From assembly GCA_021613535.1 (NCBI GenBank), contig CP075493.1, positions 248,001-312,000 on the forward strand: DNA of 64,000 nucleotides, given 5' to 3'. The notes beneath the pieces were generated by a model, which did not search any database, was not told the DNA's origin, and saw only the letters and a list, made by a program, of their open reading frames with translations. Position numbers and translations under genes: made by a program. Positions 1 through 13,975 of the stretch are shown here, one piece after another. Origin of the DNA: Adineta vaga. Lineage: Eukaryota > Animalia > Rotifera. Numbering within the stretch: position 1 is the stretch's first letter; every line of letters starts with the position of its first letter.

Positions 1-156
1 GAAACATAACAAATGTGCAAATCTGAAGAATATTTACTGTTGTCACTCGCGAACATATAGTTTCTCAACTTATTTAATAATATGTCAAACAAAGAACTAA
101 TTGCTTCTGATTACAATTCGAACCTTTCTTTTAATAAAAGATGCTGTAACTATTAC

Positions 157-2211
157 CTCTTTGATGATGAACGATTCGGCAGCATGTTTATCTTCAAGGG
201 TGAGCAGATCATATGTAAGAGGATCAAGTAATGCAGCTACTTTAATAAATTCCATTTGTTTGCCATCACGAATCATGTATTGATTGTATGAACTGAGAAG
301 CAGATCTTTGATTTCATTTTCGAGTGGATCGACTGATCGATCGTTCAAATAATATGCTAAACTAATTACGATTGCATAAGATAAAGATAATGTCGGGTAG
401 TTTTGACCCGATAAAACTTTCGTTGCTCCGTCGAATCTGTCTAGAACACAACTAAGAGCTTTAATTAAATCCCAATCATCTTGAGTTAACCTTGAATTGA
501 AAAGTTTTTTTTGTTGTCGATCAGTAACACCATCTAAGAATTGAAGTTGTTTATATAAATTTTCGAGAACAGGTTGATATAACAAAATTCGTTCCAGCAT
601 TTTGTATGTTGAGTTCCACCGAACTCGCATGTCAATGATAACACCGGCTTTGATTAACTGATCAGTGGCAAGAGTATGAACAAATTCGGAAAGAATACTT
701 GATTTTCGAATGGTGACAACAGTTGTTCTGCATTTTTCCATTACCGTAGTAATATCGTTCATCATACTGGATGATAAAGAATCGTCTATAGAATCGTCGT
801 CGTTCGTGGAAGATGATACTGAAGAATCATCATCCTGTTCAAGCTGATCGTCTTCGTCTTCCTCGCCACCTTCACTGGTTGATCCGCTTGATTCTTCATT
901 TCGATCAGTTGTCACGTCGTCGTCCGAAGTATCATCCTCCGACGACTCCTTTGATTCACTGTGAGAAAATAAAAAATATGACAAATTTTCTTTCAAAATT
1001 GACGAATAAAACTTACGTGCTCTTAATCAAATTACCACCTTCCTCTATGGATGATTTTTTCTTTGGCCAAAGATGTAAACCTTTATGAATTGATAAATTC
1101 AACGCATGTGCCATGCAGTGAAAACGAACACCAAATGAACGAAATTCATTTGCCGCTGCCTTCACATTTGATCCATTATCTGTTGTCGACGCGACGATTT
1201 TTTCCATGAGATTATAATCCGTTAGAATTCGTTTCATGTGCACGCGAAGACGATGTGATAGATGACGTCCTTTGAATTGACGAAAACTAAGGACTTTTCC
1301 TTTCAAATTGAAATTCGAATCGAGCCAATGACCTGTCATACAAAAGTAATGATGGCATCGTTTGCTTCGCCATAAATCAACCGTGATTGATAAATTAGAT
1401 ACTTCAGCTAATTCATTCTTGAAATCGTTTTGCTTTTCGAAGTATAATTTCGATAACTTTCGTTGAACTGTTCGGCTTGATGGACCGGTGTAACCAGGAA
1501 CAACAATCGACAAGAATTTCATCATACCAGGACGTTTGAAATCACCCCAAGATCGAGAATCAGAAATTATGCAATCGAAGGCAGCGTTATCAAACAAACG
1601 CTTCTTTTCTCCAGAAACTCTACAACGTTGTGTATGATGAGACTTCGAAGCTAAATGCATTTTACCATGGCGTAATGCAAGATGTCGTCGAATGTTACTG
1701 TTGGTATCCACTGCACAACGGACAATCTTAAAAAAATTGAAAAAAAGATTAACAGATTTTTTTTCTTCGATCATGCGTAATAAAAGTGATTTCTGTAGTG
1801 ATTATTTTGAATAGATCGATCTTTTTAATCTCATGTAATCTTCGTGCGAAGGCTATCTACCAAAATATAACGAACACTTACTTTACTGCATAGTTTACAT
1901 TGATACTCATTTGGTGATAATTTCGATGCATAATCATGGACTGCTGATACTTTACGAGGAGCCTTTTGTACATTTGTTCGACGCGTTGTTTGCTCATCAT
2001 CACTGATATCACTTGATGATCTGGTTAGATTAATTGTGTTTTCTTTTTCTTTTTCCGTCACAACCGATGCTCGGCGTTTGTTAGCAACACGTGAATTTTC
2101 TTTTTGACGAATTGAGCTTGAGGAAGACGGTTTAATGATTGCCGGGTTTGATTTATATTTGCTTTGGCTTTTCGTCAAGTTTTCGTTTGTTGAGTGTGGT
2201 AATTTCCCCAT
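157..2211 (-). CDS. hAT-family transposase, spliced; exons 2211-1882, 1726-1017, 958-157; 3' part continues beyond the window
   Basis: GT-AG splicing keeps frame and rebuilds a BED zinc finger (YQCKLCSK|IVRCAVDTNSNIRRHLALRH). hAT motifs TVDLWRS, TTDNGSN, CMAH and VRWNST are present. No stop seen in the joined exons. Confidence 0.9.
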
Positions 2212-3344
2212 GAATTAATTCAAACACAACGCGTATGGAATTTGAATCGAAGACGTCGTTAGCGAAAAGAAAACAGATTAAAAACCGTTTAATGGTGAAG
2301 AATGTACATTTTCTCAAATAAAAACGTGTATATATACATAAAGAAAGAAAGAAAGAAAGAAGAGAGAGAGAAATGGAGAGAGGCGAATAAGAGAGATATA
2401 GACATATATGAAATCAGATCGAGGGATAAGACAAATGAAGCAACACGCTTAGAAATCACATCAGAACGCATCTTTTATCTGGATTCGTAAATTTACTCGA
2501 GAATAACATCAATATCAGTACTTCTTAAACAAATACACGTGTTCCCTCGAATCAAATACTTCCTGAATACGAAAGTTAAATTTTTTTCGTAATGTCACCA
2601 TTTCAAATCTTCGTTTTTATAAGATTGTTGTTGCTATTAATCATAAGTCATAGTCCATGGAATCAATTCATTTATCTATTTCTCATTTTACATCATATTC
2701 GTCATATTAGTATAAAGAATTATCTAGCGATTCATTCGTCGCAGTGCAGTTTTCAGTGATAAATGTATCAACAGTGATTAAAAATAACTCTTTCACTAAG
2801 GAAAGAGATTGAATATAGTTGTATACTATTGTATCTATGTAAAAAAAACTAATTTCAAAATCGATCACAACTCTACTACAATCATACGATTTTAATTGGT
2901 AGTTTAACATGTAATAGCGATATTAAAATTAAACTTTGATCAATTATTCCAGTCATTTCGATGATGATCGATTAAGAAAATGTTAAAAATCCGTTATAAT
3001 TATAATAACTAAAATAATCGCGATTAATATCTACTTTTAATGTGTTTATTACTAGGTATATTCTTTGTTAAAACCGTATAATTTCAATCAATTTTTGAGC
3101 AGTTTCTTTCCTCTAGCTGAGTTTTTTTTGTATTTATTATTTATAGTATATTATAATAAAAGAACATCTACTTCTGCTATGTTTCATTTGAACGAATATC
3201 TGGTACTATGAAAAAAAATTCCTGAGGTCAGGACAGCAACACTTTCGCAAACCATGTAGATAGATGTAGCACTCGCATGAGCAAGAAACAGAACCAGTGA
3301 TTATCTTGCTTGTGTGTACTATTCAATTCCAATTCCAATTCGAA

Positions 3345-3560
3345 AGAACTGAACTGCTCGACAGTTCCAGTTCAGATGATACGAACTGGTCATCAGTTCA
3401 GTTCAGATGAAACGAACTGGTCAGCAGCTCAGTTCAGATGACACGAACTGTTCATCAGTTCAGTTCAGATGAAACGAACTGCTCAACAGTTCCGGTTCAC
3501 CTAAACCTGAACTGGAAACCCAGTTCACCAACTCAGTTCATGTGAACTAACGAACTTGAA
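3345..3560. repeat. Subterminal array of about 31-bp units (GAACTGNTCATCAGTTCAGTTCAGATGAAAC)
   Basis: About six copies, each with an internal GAACTG/CAGTTC inversion, next to the hAT terminus. Confidence 0.85.
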
Positions 3561-5090
3561 TTGTCACATGCCTAGTTGCAAAGAGATCTTCTCCTTCTGC
3601 TGAAAATCGGATTAATTTTTTCACAAGTCGTTTTCTTATTAATTATTGTATTTATATTAGAAAGACAAAGACACCAGAAGAAGAAGATATAGCGTGAAAA
3701 GCGCTACGATTTTTACATAGGACAATTAGAAACAAGTGGTTTGAGCAAGAACGAATAAAATAGTAACTAAAATATCACTTAGCGCAATCTCTGCGGTATT
3801 AAATTTGGAGAAAATGATGAAGCTTGTGATATTTATTATGAAGATCACTAATAATTATATATATACAGTACTGGACAGAATTATGAGAATAACTCTTTCC
3901 ATATAACTGTTCGCTTTCTTTCATATACTGAACATGTGTGCAATCCAAAACTTCTATGTACTTCCATACATCGAAATATGCCATATTCGAATATGAAATC
4001 AGAAGTTTTGCTTATGCTTGAAAAGCCTGAAGAAACAAATACTTTCTAAAAATTATTGCCTGTCCCCTGTGCAAAACTATAAGGACAAAATCATAACTTC
4101 GTATACTTGATCTAAAACGGAGACTTTTTCGAATGAAAAATAATATAAATAGACATCAGTGTGATTGCTAAACCTTTTCATAGGAAGATTTTTGAAAAAT
4201 AATCGGACATAACGTTTACAGTTAGGTCCCTTTTGTATGGTAAAATGGCTGGAAAATACCAGTAATATTCATTAATCTGGTCCTCAAGTTTAAGATACGG
4301 TTGGTATCAAAATTTAAACGATATATTCGGATAAAGCTTCATTTTCTCTGCAAAAATAAACAACAGTTAGCTTCATATCTCTTTCTGTTACTCAAATACA
4401 TCCATAAACAAATTAAGTTAAAGAAAAAAACACGTTTTTGTGATTATTTTTCATGCAAAATAGTGAAAGAAGTGGGTGCGGGTGAGGGTGTAAATATTGA
4501 TATCTATCCTTCCCTTACTCACACCCACAGCCCACCTCGCACCGTTTTTGCAAAATTCCTTCTATTTACTCGACGACTGAGACTATAACATAGGACGTTC
4601 GGTTATAAGTATACATAATTATATCAATTAACTAAATTGACTTATTTATACATGAGTCAGATATCTGTTTTAACGAAAATGTCTTTTAGAACTTATTTGA
4701 AATGAAACAAGAAGTACAGAAGAAGCATCGATGTGCTGGTTGATTCACTTACTTTTGCTCATTTTTCTTTGGTTTCCTCTGTTTCAGCAAACTTTAGAAA
4801 AATGTTTTATATATGGTTGAGTAGAGCATCAGTTACTCTGTCAAGACAAAACTCCCATTCTTTCCTCTTTGGTTCCAGTCCAAGAAATTAGATCAATCTC
4901 TTCGAAGCACTAACAATTTTTTTTTACAAAATAATATAATTTTGAGCGATTTCGCGATGCTCCGCGCGTATAATTTACAGTCAAAATTGATATTAATCTT
5001 GAGAGCATATCATGAATTTTATTAGTACTAAAAAGTGGGGTTATGCAAACTTTTTCAAAAGTTTGGTGCGCTTGTTAAGTTTACAAAGTT

Positions 5091-5555
5091 GAGGGTGTGG
5101 GTGTGGGTGTGGGTGTGGGTGTTGAGTTTGGGATTGGGTTTGGGTTTGGGTATTCAGTTTGGGTTTGAGTTTGAGTTTGGGTCAAATATCGGGATCTATC
5201 AAATCGCCTGGATTTTGGCATGATTTTTTTCTTTGAAGTCGCCTCTCTTCATTGCAAATACTTGTTTGTATATGTCAACAAGCCAAAATATATACTCTTC
5301 CTTAGCATTATCAAGGGGGAGATAGTATGAATTCAACACTTGAAAATATGAAGCATCGATGCACGTTTTGATTGTGAATATATACAAACAAGTATTTGCA
5401 ATGAAGAGAGGCGACTTCAAAGAAAAGAATCATACCAAAATCCAGGCGATTTGATAGATCCCGATATTTGACCCAAGCCCAAACCCAAACCCAAACTCAC
5501 CAACACAATACCCAAACTCACCAAACCCAAACAGTTTGGGTTTGGTGCATGTCTA
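5091..5555. mobile_element. Palindromic hAT-like MITE remnant preceded by a (GGGTGT)n tract
   Basis: Near-perfect inverted arms at about 5177-5273 and 5378-5476, flanked by (GGGTTT)n and (AAACCC)n. Right terminus ...GTGCATGTCTA resembles the MITE at 37612; no matching left terminus. Confidence 0.7.
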
Positions 5556-5651
5556 GGGATATGTGATGTAGCTTGTAAACATTTATAATATGAGCGACAG
5601 TGAGCTATTTATCGAGTTTGCCGTCACAGTCTGGATATAAAATACAAATAA

Positions 5652-6401
5652 TGAGTGTCCGAGAAGAATGGACCTCTGCGTATTTTGAAGATCCCTTCTT
5701 CATTATTCCTTTGATCATATAACGTTTTTATCAAAGAATAGTGCTTGAAATTCTCTACAAAACCGTGTGTGATTGAATCCTAAAATATTATTAAACATGT
5801 TCGAAAAGAGGTGAAATTAGAGGCATACAAAAAGTAAGAAAAGTAACTGATTCGGCATACTAAACAGTCGCTCTTTCTAGTCTACTGTTTCGCCACTTAT
5901 TTGGTCCAATTACAAAAAATTATACTACAAGATGCTCCGTGAAAAGTTCCACAAACTACACACTCTCAATTATTTTATAGCTCAGTTTTTGTTTTCGAAA
6001 TAAAACAAAACTTGAGCGATCAAGTTTAAACCGAACGAAATGGTATTTTTTTGTTATAAAATGAACTGATCTTTTTCTTGCAACTTTTGAAATTAATTTG
6101 TTTTTTGTAAACTGTAGAGCTTTTCACACCCTATCCTTTGGCATATTCTATTTGTTTAATAAGAGGATGCAAACGGCAGAAAAATGAGATGCAACTGCTT
6201 AGCCCATTGCTTTTTAGACCTTTTCATATATCTCTAATTTCATCTTTTTCGAATATGTTTAATAACGTCTGATGGTTCAATCATACACGGTTTTGTGGAG
6301 AATTCCGAGCGCTATCTTTTGATAAAAAAGTTCATTGAGCACATGAATGACAAATGAGGAATATTCAAAATACTCAGAAATACATTCGTTCCGGAACAGC
6401 C
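5652..6401. mobile_element. Diverged fold-back non-autonomous element, Tc1/mariner-like
   Basis: Degenerate inverted arms at about 5655-5835 and 6220-6400 (e.g. AAAACCGTGTGTGATTGAA vs TTCAATCATACACGGTTTT). Confidence 0.6.
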
Positions 6402-6505
6402 GTTATTTTCAGATTTGTAGAGTCTGAGTTTGAACTATGGCCACTACAGATATTTGGTGAGAAACATCCTATCGATTTCAAGTTGAAATGGGTTTGTGGT
6501 ATTTG

Positions 6506-6825
6506 CAAGGGGGAAAAATCTCATTCCGGCATTCCGGTAGTCTGGTGCATTCTCGTACCTTCTCAGGCACTCTCTTGCATTCTTGCACATTCCCAGCCAT
6601 TCTGGATTATTGGTATATACCCATTAACTATTTCTAACTGCCGTGTTGAAAATTAAAACCTGGAATTGCTCCTCTGCTGGCTATTTCATTATTCAATGGA
6701 TGTTAGGACAAATGGCAGAATTTTAAACCAACACACGGTATTCTGGCGCATTCTCTCGCGTTCCCAGCCATTTCCATGCATTCTCGGGCATTCGAAATGC
6801 CCCGCAATAAGATTTCCCTCCCTTG
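6506..6825. mobile_element. P-element-like MITE
   Basis: CAAGG...CCTTG termini; 8-bp flanks GGTATTTG/GGTATTTC; internal GCATTC repeats. Confidence 0.7.
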
Positions 6826-7749
6826 GGTATTTCTCAAAGCAGATATAAAATATCTCCGCTTTAGCATGCTATCATATACAAATATATCAAAACAAATAAC
6901 TTTACATTACGGGGAAAGCAATCTTTTCGGAATGAAAACTTCTGTAGAAATACAAATTCATATCTTTTTCTGACTTTGTAATACTCCATATCAAGTAAAG
7001 CCTGAAAAGATGGGTTAGAAATATGTTTTTGTCGAAGTTTTCAATTACTCTTTGTGGTTTTCTACATTAGAATCGTCGTTTCAGGTTAAGGAATGCCCGA
7101 ATAAAGTTTTTTCAGTTTTATGTTATCCGCACTTTACCCAGTTTAGTATTGTACAGAACATAAAATTTTTTATCGTCATGTATAAATGTATAGTGTGATA
7201 TGTATCGATAGAAATCAGAATACTATAGACGCTCTCACTGCTCTTCGATTACTTATTCACGCTTCGTCGATTTTTACCGTCGTTTTTTATGAAGAATCGA
7301 CGCATAGAATAAAATAGGGACCATTACATTTCATATACGGCTAGAGAGCAGTATACAGTAAAATAATACGACGCTGCATTATGATCAATATGAGAAGGCC
7401 TTTACAAATAAGAACGCAATTTTGATATTGGTAAGACATCAGAGAAAGAGTTTAAATCAACCATACTCTGTATTTTTTCTCAACTCTAGGTTGGTTAAGT
7501 GATACAAATGTTTAAAGCATATCACACTTATGGCAGAATAATATATCATATTCAGTTCGTCCTTGCTGTTAAAAAAACGTAAGTAATTTATTTATGCAGT
7601 TTTAAAGTATTGTGTACTATATACGGTATTATTTGATCAAATGTTGTGGAATGTTCTGATCGAATATTATAATATTCATATTAATCCTTTTCTGCTTTTA
7701 CGCGCTTTAACACCCACTTTCTACAAAATTTGGTTGTTTAGAAATAACG

Positions 7750-8332
7750 AGGGAGAGTCACTCACTGCCCAGTCGCTTTTCAGTTGACATTTTGGCCACA
7801 GGTAAAAGACTCTAAGCCTAGAATAATCCTATGAGGATATGAGCTTTCTACCGACTTTTTACCCCTTGTCAATATTGAGGAAAACATTAAATAACGGAAT
7901 TTTCAACTAAAATTTGGGCCATATATAAGTCTAGCAATCAATAAAGTATTTTGAAAGTTTCAGCCGAAAAAAGTGTTCCTCTATAGATATATTTGATTTT
8001 GAAGTAATCTGATAATTTGCATATAGTATGCTGCAAGTGATTGTCTTGTTATAAAAGCAATATCTTCATAAAAGAACATTTTTTGCAGCTGAAACTTTCG
8101 GAATAGTCTAATGATGATTAGACCTATCTATGGTCCTGTTTTCAGTTGAAAACTTCGTTATTTAGCTTTTGTTCAGTGTATAAAAAAAGGGCGAAAAGTG
8201 GGTAGGAAGCCCATAACTCGGCGCCAAAGCAGTATCGGTCCATATTCTAGTAGGATTGTTCTACTCTTAAAGCCCCCTACCTATGGGTAAAATATTAACG
8301 AAAAATAGTTGGACATTTAGTGACCATCTCTG
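7750..8332. mobile_element. Diverged fold-back MITE
   Basis: Imperfect inverted arms of about 240 bp (e.g. TAGAATAATCCTA vs TAGGATTGTTCTA; GAAAGTTTCAGC vs GCTGAAACTTTC). Confidence 0.6.
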
Positions 8333-8670
8333 CTAAGAAACATTTAAAGCTCAATTATGTACGCATATAAAGCCAATGAATTGTACTTTCGACAGACTCC
8401 AAGTTGATATGAAATCGGTCCTTAAATGTTTCTCACTTTCAAAAGAATCACATTTTTGTAAGATGGGCCTCATAGCGCTCAAAGGGTATGAAAGGATTAA
8501 TATTTGTATGCACCTGTTTATGGACGTTAATGTTCACGACTTAAAAAGCTGTTCATTTGTTATTGCGTTGGAGTTTTGAAGATTCGATACATTCTATTGA
8601 GACGCGAAAAACTTGGAACATAGAGTTGTCTCAAGCCTTCCTATTATAGTTATGAGCATTTTGCGAGGTG

Positions 8671-9110
8671 CAGTGGCCAACTATTTAGTCACTTTGGGTT
8701 GATATTGTAGTTATAGGCAAGAGCCTATAAGACTCGAATAGTTCTAGGAAAATATAGACCACTGCGCCTTTTCTATGGAGTCATGGGTTTTTAACCACTT
8801 TTCAGTATTTAGCAAAAACGATTTTTAGCGCAGTCTCTTTGGGGCTAAAATGTGTGGAAGTCACATAGCCTATTTGCTATTATAGCGTGTACGCGATGAG
8901 GCTTTACTTGAAACTGAGTTACACCTAAAATGGAGTTTTATCTCTTATAATTTTGCGCTTCTAATGGATTCTGTCTGTAATCGAGGATCGGGGAAAGGAG
9001 TGGGCCAAATTCATCAAACTAAAACTTACACTCGTGAATTTGTTTTTCAACTGAAACCATATGAGTTCCACAAAATATCAATCCAAAACCGACAGGATAG
9101 TTGGTGACCG
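8671..9110. mobile_element. Old Tc1-like MITE
   Basis: CAGTGGCCAACTAT ... ATAGTTGGTGACCG with further degenerate inverted similarity inward. Confidence 0.4.
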
Positions 9111-9374
9111 TTCTCTATCAGTCAACTTTTACGATAAAGCATCGTATCAACTTAAGATTGCATTACTTTCTTTTATAGATAAACTAATATCTGACCAATC
9201 TTCAACGAATAATAAATCTCAAAAGTTGATACGAAACTTTCCACTTAAGGAAGAAGGATTATCCATTTATATTTCCAACGAATGGGTGATTGCACAACTT
9301 CGAAAACCATTTCTGTTCCAATCAGTATTAGCTTAAATAAACTTGCTTTTAAAGTGGCAAGGTATAACCAAACC

Positions 9375-9566
9375 ACGGGTAGAACACTGTCGAGGCACTA
9401 GTGTTGGTGGAACTAAGGCTCCTGCACTAACATTAATCAAAAACGGGTAGAACACTGTCGAGGCACTAGTGTTGGTGGAACTAAGGCTCCTGCACTAACA
9501 TTAATCAAAAACGGGTAGAACACTGTCGAGGCACTAGTGTTGGTGGAACTAAGGCTCCTGCACTAA
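9375..9566. repeat. Perfect tandem repeat, 68-bp unit x 2.8
   Basis: Units start at 9375, 9443 and 9511 and are identical by eye. Confidence 0.95.
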
Positions 9567-12500
9567 TAGCGTCTAAACAATTGAACAGAACAGTTTGGTT
9601 TTCGATTTGTGCTTTCCATGGCTATCAGCGAACAAAAACATAGCAACTGATTAACATGGTTTGAAGATACAATTCAAACGGCAGTCAACTCCATTCCAAT
9701 ACCGACTAAAACAAGGTAAACCAGCATTTCAAGATATTCTAATATAATATTCAGAAGGAAAAACGTGGATGCTACTCTTAAATAGTCGACTAGAAATTGT
9801 GTATAATGCAGTAGAACGTTGTAGTTTATTGCATCTTGTTCTAATATACTCCACATTCATGAAATAACAAGAAGAATAAGAATGAATACGCTGTCTTTAC
9901 GAGATACGTTCTTTGGAGCAAGGAACGGACTTGCAGCAGGCCGTTTTGTAAAGTATTGATATTATGTCATATACGAGAATATGGTTAAAGGATGGCTCTC
10001 CATAAAGATATGTTCAACCATATCTGTTAGATTACGTTATAATATGGCAACAGTATTTATAATTAGAACTTGTACCTAAGAATTTTATTTGTCGCTTGGA
10101 ATCAGCTGGTGCCATATTTGTGTCCTTTTCTGTACGTTAGACCTATCAACATGGTTCTCTAGAGTAACCATACGATGAGGAGGATTTCTTATCACATGGA
10201 GTATGAAAAAGTTTAAATATCTAACTTTTTCATCTCTGTACTCATGTGCAGGTAAGTAAAAGTGCACCTTGGTATGGACACAGGCATACTTAACCTCTTA
10301 TTCTTTGAGATTTCGAGCTGATGAAATGCTCCAACATGTAATGCACAATTGTTCATTTGTCGATATTTCTATCCTTTCATAAGTTGAATCTCCACACTAA
10401 AGTGAATAATAAAAACTGCTGGAAAACATATACATGTATAAAAGGAACTGGAAAATTAACATCTCACTCTACACATAATCATGCATCTAATCACTCTGAC
10501 CTTTCTAGACTTTTACTATTCTTATTTGCAGTAGTAATCATAATATTTAAGCAACATCATAAAATTTGAAGTATTTTCTTCTATCTTGTTGCACGCGTAT
10601 TCTAGAAGAATCTTTCCATGTAACCACAATAAGAAGAAAAAGCACAAAAGTTTCCTTACACCAACCCGCGAATTTCGTGAAGGTTCTTCGGATTTCCTTT
10701 CGACAAAGCCAATAGTGATTCGTTTTGCATAAAAACGCTTTAAATTGTTGTACAGATCAGAATAATTTTATATAATCCGCAATATAAAGTCGAATCTTCG
10801 TTAGCCTTTTAATGACGATGTTGTCCACCAATGGCGCATACTCGATTTTCCGAACGTTAGTCAGCAATAAAAATAAAATGCTTTTGGAACATGTCTTCGC
10901 GTAACAGATTTTTCGCAGATATTTACACTCATCTTTTTCATGAAAGAGTAGGCATGAAAATGCGCTAATTAAAAATGATTAATGCAACGTATGAAATCCG
11001 TTTCGTAAATCTCTTTGCAAACTTTTCAAAATCACATCGCCTTGAAAGGGTTAAATAAACTGTGTGCTCTCAGTTACCTAGATTACCTTTTATTGGATAG
11101 TTCAGAAAACAATAAATTGTTTGGTCTGATTGTTTTATACTCTTGAAATTCCGATACTTCAACAGAAAGATGGATATAATATCCAACCTGAATTCTCTGT
11201 ATAAACAGAACGATTTCTAACCATATGACATTAGTCATACAATGTAGAGACAGAATTCTAATAAGTAAAGAATTTTGTTTGGGGGCCATATGCGTCCCAT
11301 TTCAATCCTAACAGAACAGTTTGGTGTGCCCATTTGGTATGAAAAAAGGTCCGTTTATCCACATCCTTACCCTAATTATATTTATTCACACAGATAATAG
11401 AATGAACTTTACCATAACATGTTTTCTAGGGTAGTTATAAAGCAATTCATCTGTGACTGCCATTGCTCAATGTACCGTATCAATCAAACCTGTTTCTGCA
11501 AATAAATTAGACTACTAGTCTGACATTATTTCAAATATTACGCACGCTGTCCGCATAGACTAATGAACGCAACATATTTAATGCTTCATACACTTGTCTC
11601 ATTACATCATCTGATAATACATATGGAAACATACCTATCGACAATCACGATATTTAAAAGAAATCAAAAGCATACACAACATCCATATGGAAAGGGCATA
11701 CATTCTACAGTTGATGCCATGAAGATTGCAAGAAACAAACATATAAACTCACATATAGAACATGTCTCTAGGTTTTTTTTTATGTATGTGTAATAGTAAA
11801 TTCGAATGAGTGCGATTGTGAGGAATAAAGATAAATAGACGTGTGGGTGTGGATGAATGTCAGAAAACAGATCGAGAATGAATATTTTAAGGTAAGTGCA
11901 AGGAGAGGAGCCGTCGGGATTTATTTTTTTAGGATTTATTCTCTACAGAGTGTTTATTTATTCCACAAGGATTTATTTGCACTTATTAGCTGCATCAGCA
12001 TTTCAGCGCACCCTCACCATTAATTCTACTCTTCGTCCTCACACGATACATGGGATTTAATAAAAAATTGCAATAAATTCCCAAAAAATAAGTCCCATTA
12101 ACTGTTCGAGAAAATATTGCTTTTCTTTTTTTCCCAAATCGGCCAGACATTGGACGCAAGTACTTAGAAGTACTTGCGTCCAATGTCTGAAATCGGTCAT
12201 GTCTATGGTATCTTTCAAAATTCATGACATCCAGGAATTCGCTCTTTTCTATCCGTTCCTATGTACCTACGAGTAACGCTCATCGTGCCGACTCACCTTA
12301 CCGTCGACTGTGGAAGACAGGTTCTTTTCTGCGTGTGCCAATAGTGAGAAAAACTGATCTAGCAACTTTATAAACGAAGAAACGATTCAAAAAATTTTCT
12401 CACCCACCCGAAGCTGTATCATTCACTTTCACACATTTACACCTACATCCATAACTTCGTCCAACACTCATCTCTCTACCACCACCCATGTTCATACTGC

Positions 12501-12580
12501 TACCAACGCTTTCACCCAACACCCATCTTTCTACCTCCACCCATGTTTATACCCCGACCCACACCCTCATACTCCATCGA

Positions 12581-13975
12581 CACTGTAGAGAGAAAGGAGT
12601 TTTACCGAACCAAAAGATGTTTCGGGTAAAACCTTACTAGAAAATTTCAGAACAGAGGTTTCATAGCAAAGGTTAAGTACGAAACTTTTTGTCTTCATTA
12701 GAAAGAACGTTCCGTACAATAGGTACCGTATAGAACCTTCGCAATCCATCTAAAAAATAGGTTTCGTATTAATCCATAGCTACGAATTCTTCTCTGCATT
12801 GATCTTCCTTTTGGTTAAGTGAAAGACCTCTTTTATAACGATCATAGTACCGGTTCCGTATACAGACACTTCAGAATACATCCGTCAAATGTTTTCGTTT
12901 AAGGGCACCTCGTATCTTCGCTAAAGCTGATAAGTTTTTGGCATCTGGGTAGATGTTGGTCATTCTAGTAACGCCATTGATATTATATTCTAAACAGTCT
13001 AGAATGCAGGATGTACTTTATAATATATCATCACTTACCTGATTGCCTGTCGGACTATTGAAAAGTGGACGTCTGCCGATATTAATACTCGTATCTTTCA
13101 CTGAGCTCTGCCCGTTTGTTAAGTGAATCAGTGGTAGCTGTGAGACGTTCGGTAGAAAGTTCACTGAACTCTAACAATCTTCACCACGTCAGTAATCGTT
13201 TCGTAGAACTTACACCGAACCCCTTACAAGTATAGGAATCGAGGGGGAAAAGAGAGACTTCCATATTTCAGTACTTCCACTGTGCTTCTGCATACTTCCA
13301 TCGTACTTCTATTATACTTTCGCGATACTTTGTCATATTTCTATGATACTTCCACGATACTTCGAAGTACGGAAGTCTCGCTTTTCCCCCCTTGATAGAA
13401 ATACATTCATATATTTCAATAAATTCTACGAAACCTTGAGCCACTATATGAAATCATTGATAGTTTCGTAAAAACTTTGCTAAGCCTCTAGCCATTGCAC
13501 GAAATTGATAATCGTTTCGCAATAGGTATACTGAACCAGTTACAAGTATGCGGAAATCACCATAGTTTAGGACAAGTGTTTTCAAACCTTCGGCTAATGT
13601 ACACAGTCAGTGACAGTTAGGCAAAAATTCTGCCAAACCTTGCGCGACGATATGAAACCATTGACAATTTTGTATAAACTTTACCGAACCATGAGTGAGT
13701 TTACGAAACCTTGAACTGTTTCGCAAGAAATTTGTCCAACCCTGCTCTACAATACGAAACCATTAATGGTTCCGCAGAAGCTATACCGAACCTTCAGAGA
13801 CACAATCTGGTGATAAAAAGTTTCGCATGAACTATACTGAACCTTTTGAAAGGGAAATGATCTATCATTGAATCCGTAGGAGATTACTGCACCATCACGA
13901 CTTTAGTAGTGAACATGCTGAACTTCTAGCGAATTTTCGAAACTTTTAAAGATTCGTATATGTTATACGAAGCAG
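12581..13975 (+). mobile_element. CACTG-terminated (EnSpm/CMC-like) non-autonomous element, copy A (left part)
   Basis: Starts CACTGTAG...TTTTACCGAAC, the inverse of the terminus at 63954. Colinear with 54530-55750 and 63272-63440. Many CGAAACC/TACCGAAC motifs. Confidence 0.7.
13240..13394. mobile_element. P-element-like MITE, 155 bp
   Basis: TIRs CGAGGGGGAAAAGAGAGACTTCC / GGAAGTCTCGCTTTTCCCCCCTTG; flanks ATAGGAAT/ATAGAAAT; absent from the paralogous site near 55145. Confidence 0.85.

Larger units (their letters stand above)
1..3574 (-). mobile_element. hAT DNA transposon, one terminus in window
   Basis: Terminus TAGGCATGTGACAATTC on the minus strand at 3574, an adjacent subterminal repeat array and the transposase gene. 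Confidence 0.8.

Noticed and set aside
3345-3560. CRISPR-like or independent satellite
   Set aside because: Contiguous units adjoining a hAT terminus are best explained as subterminal repeats.
5035-5223. WV/GL-repeat ORF, and the PH/PT-repeat ORFs at 53990-54251
   Set aside because: They are translations of hexamer repeat tracts.
9375-9566. CRISPR array
   Set aside because: The units are wholly identical with no variable spacers, there are no cas genes, and the context is eukaryotic.
10289-11054. Complete piggyBac MITE
   Set aside because: The right end AAAGGG|TTAA is plausible, but the putative left end TTAA|CCTCTT matches too weakly.
11090-11370. Degenerate minus-strand coding fragment
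   Set aside because: Protein-like but with several stops and no family I can recognise.
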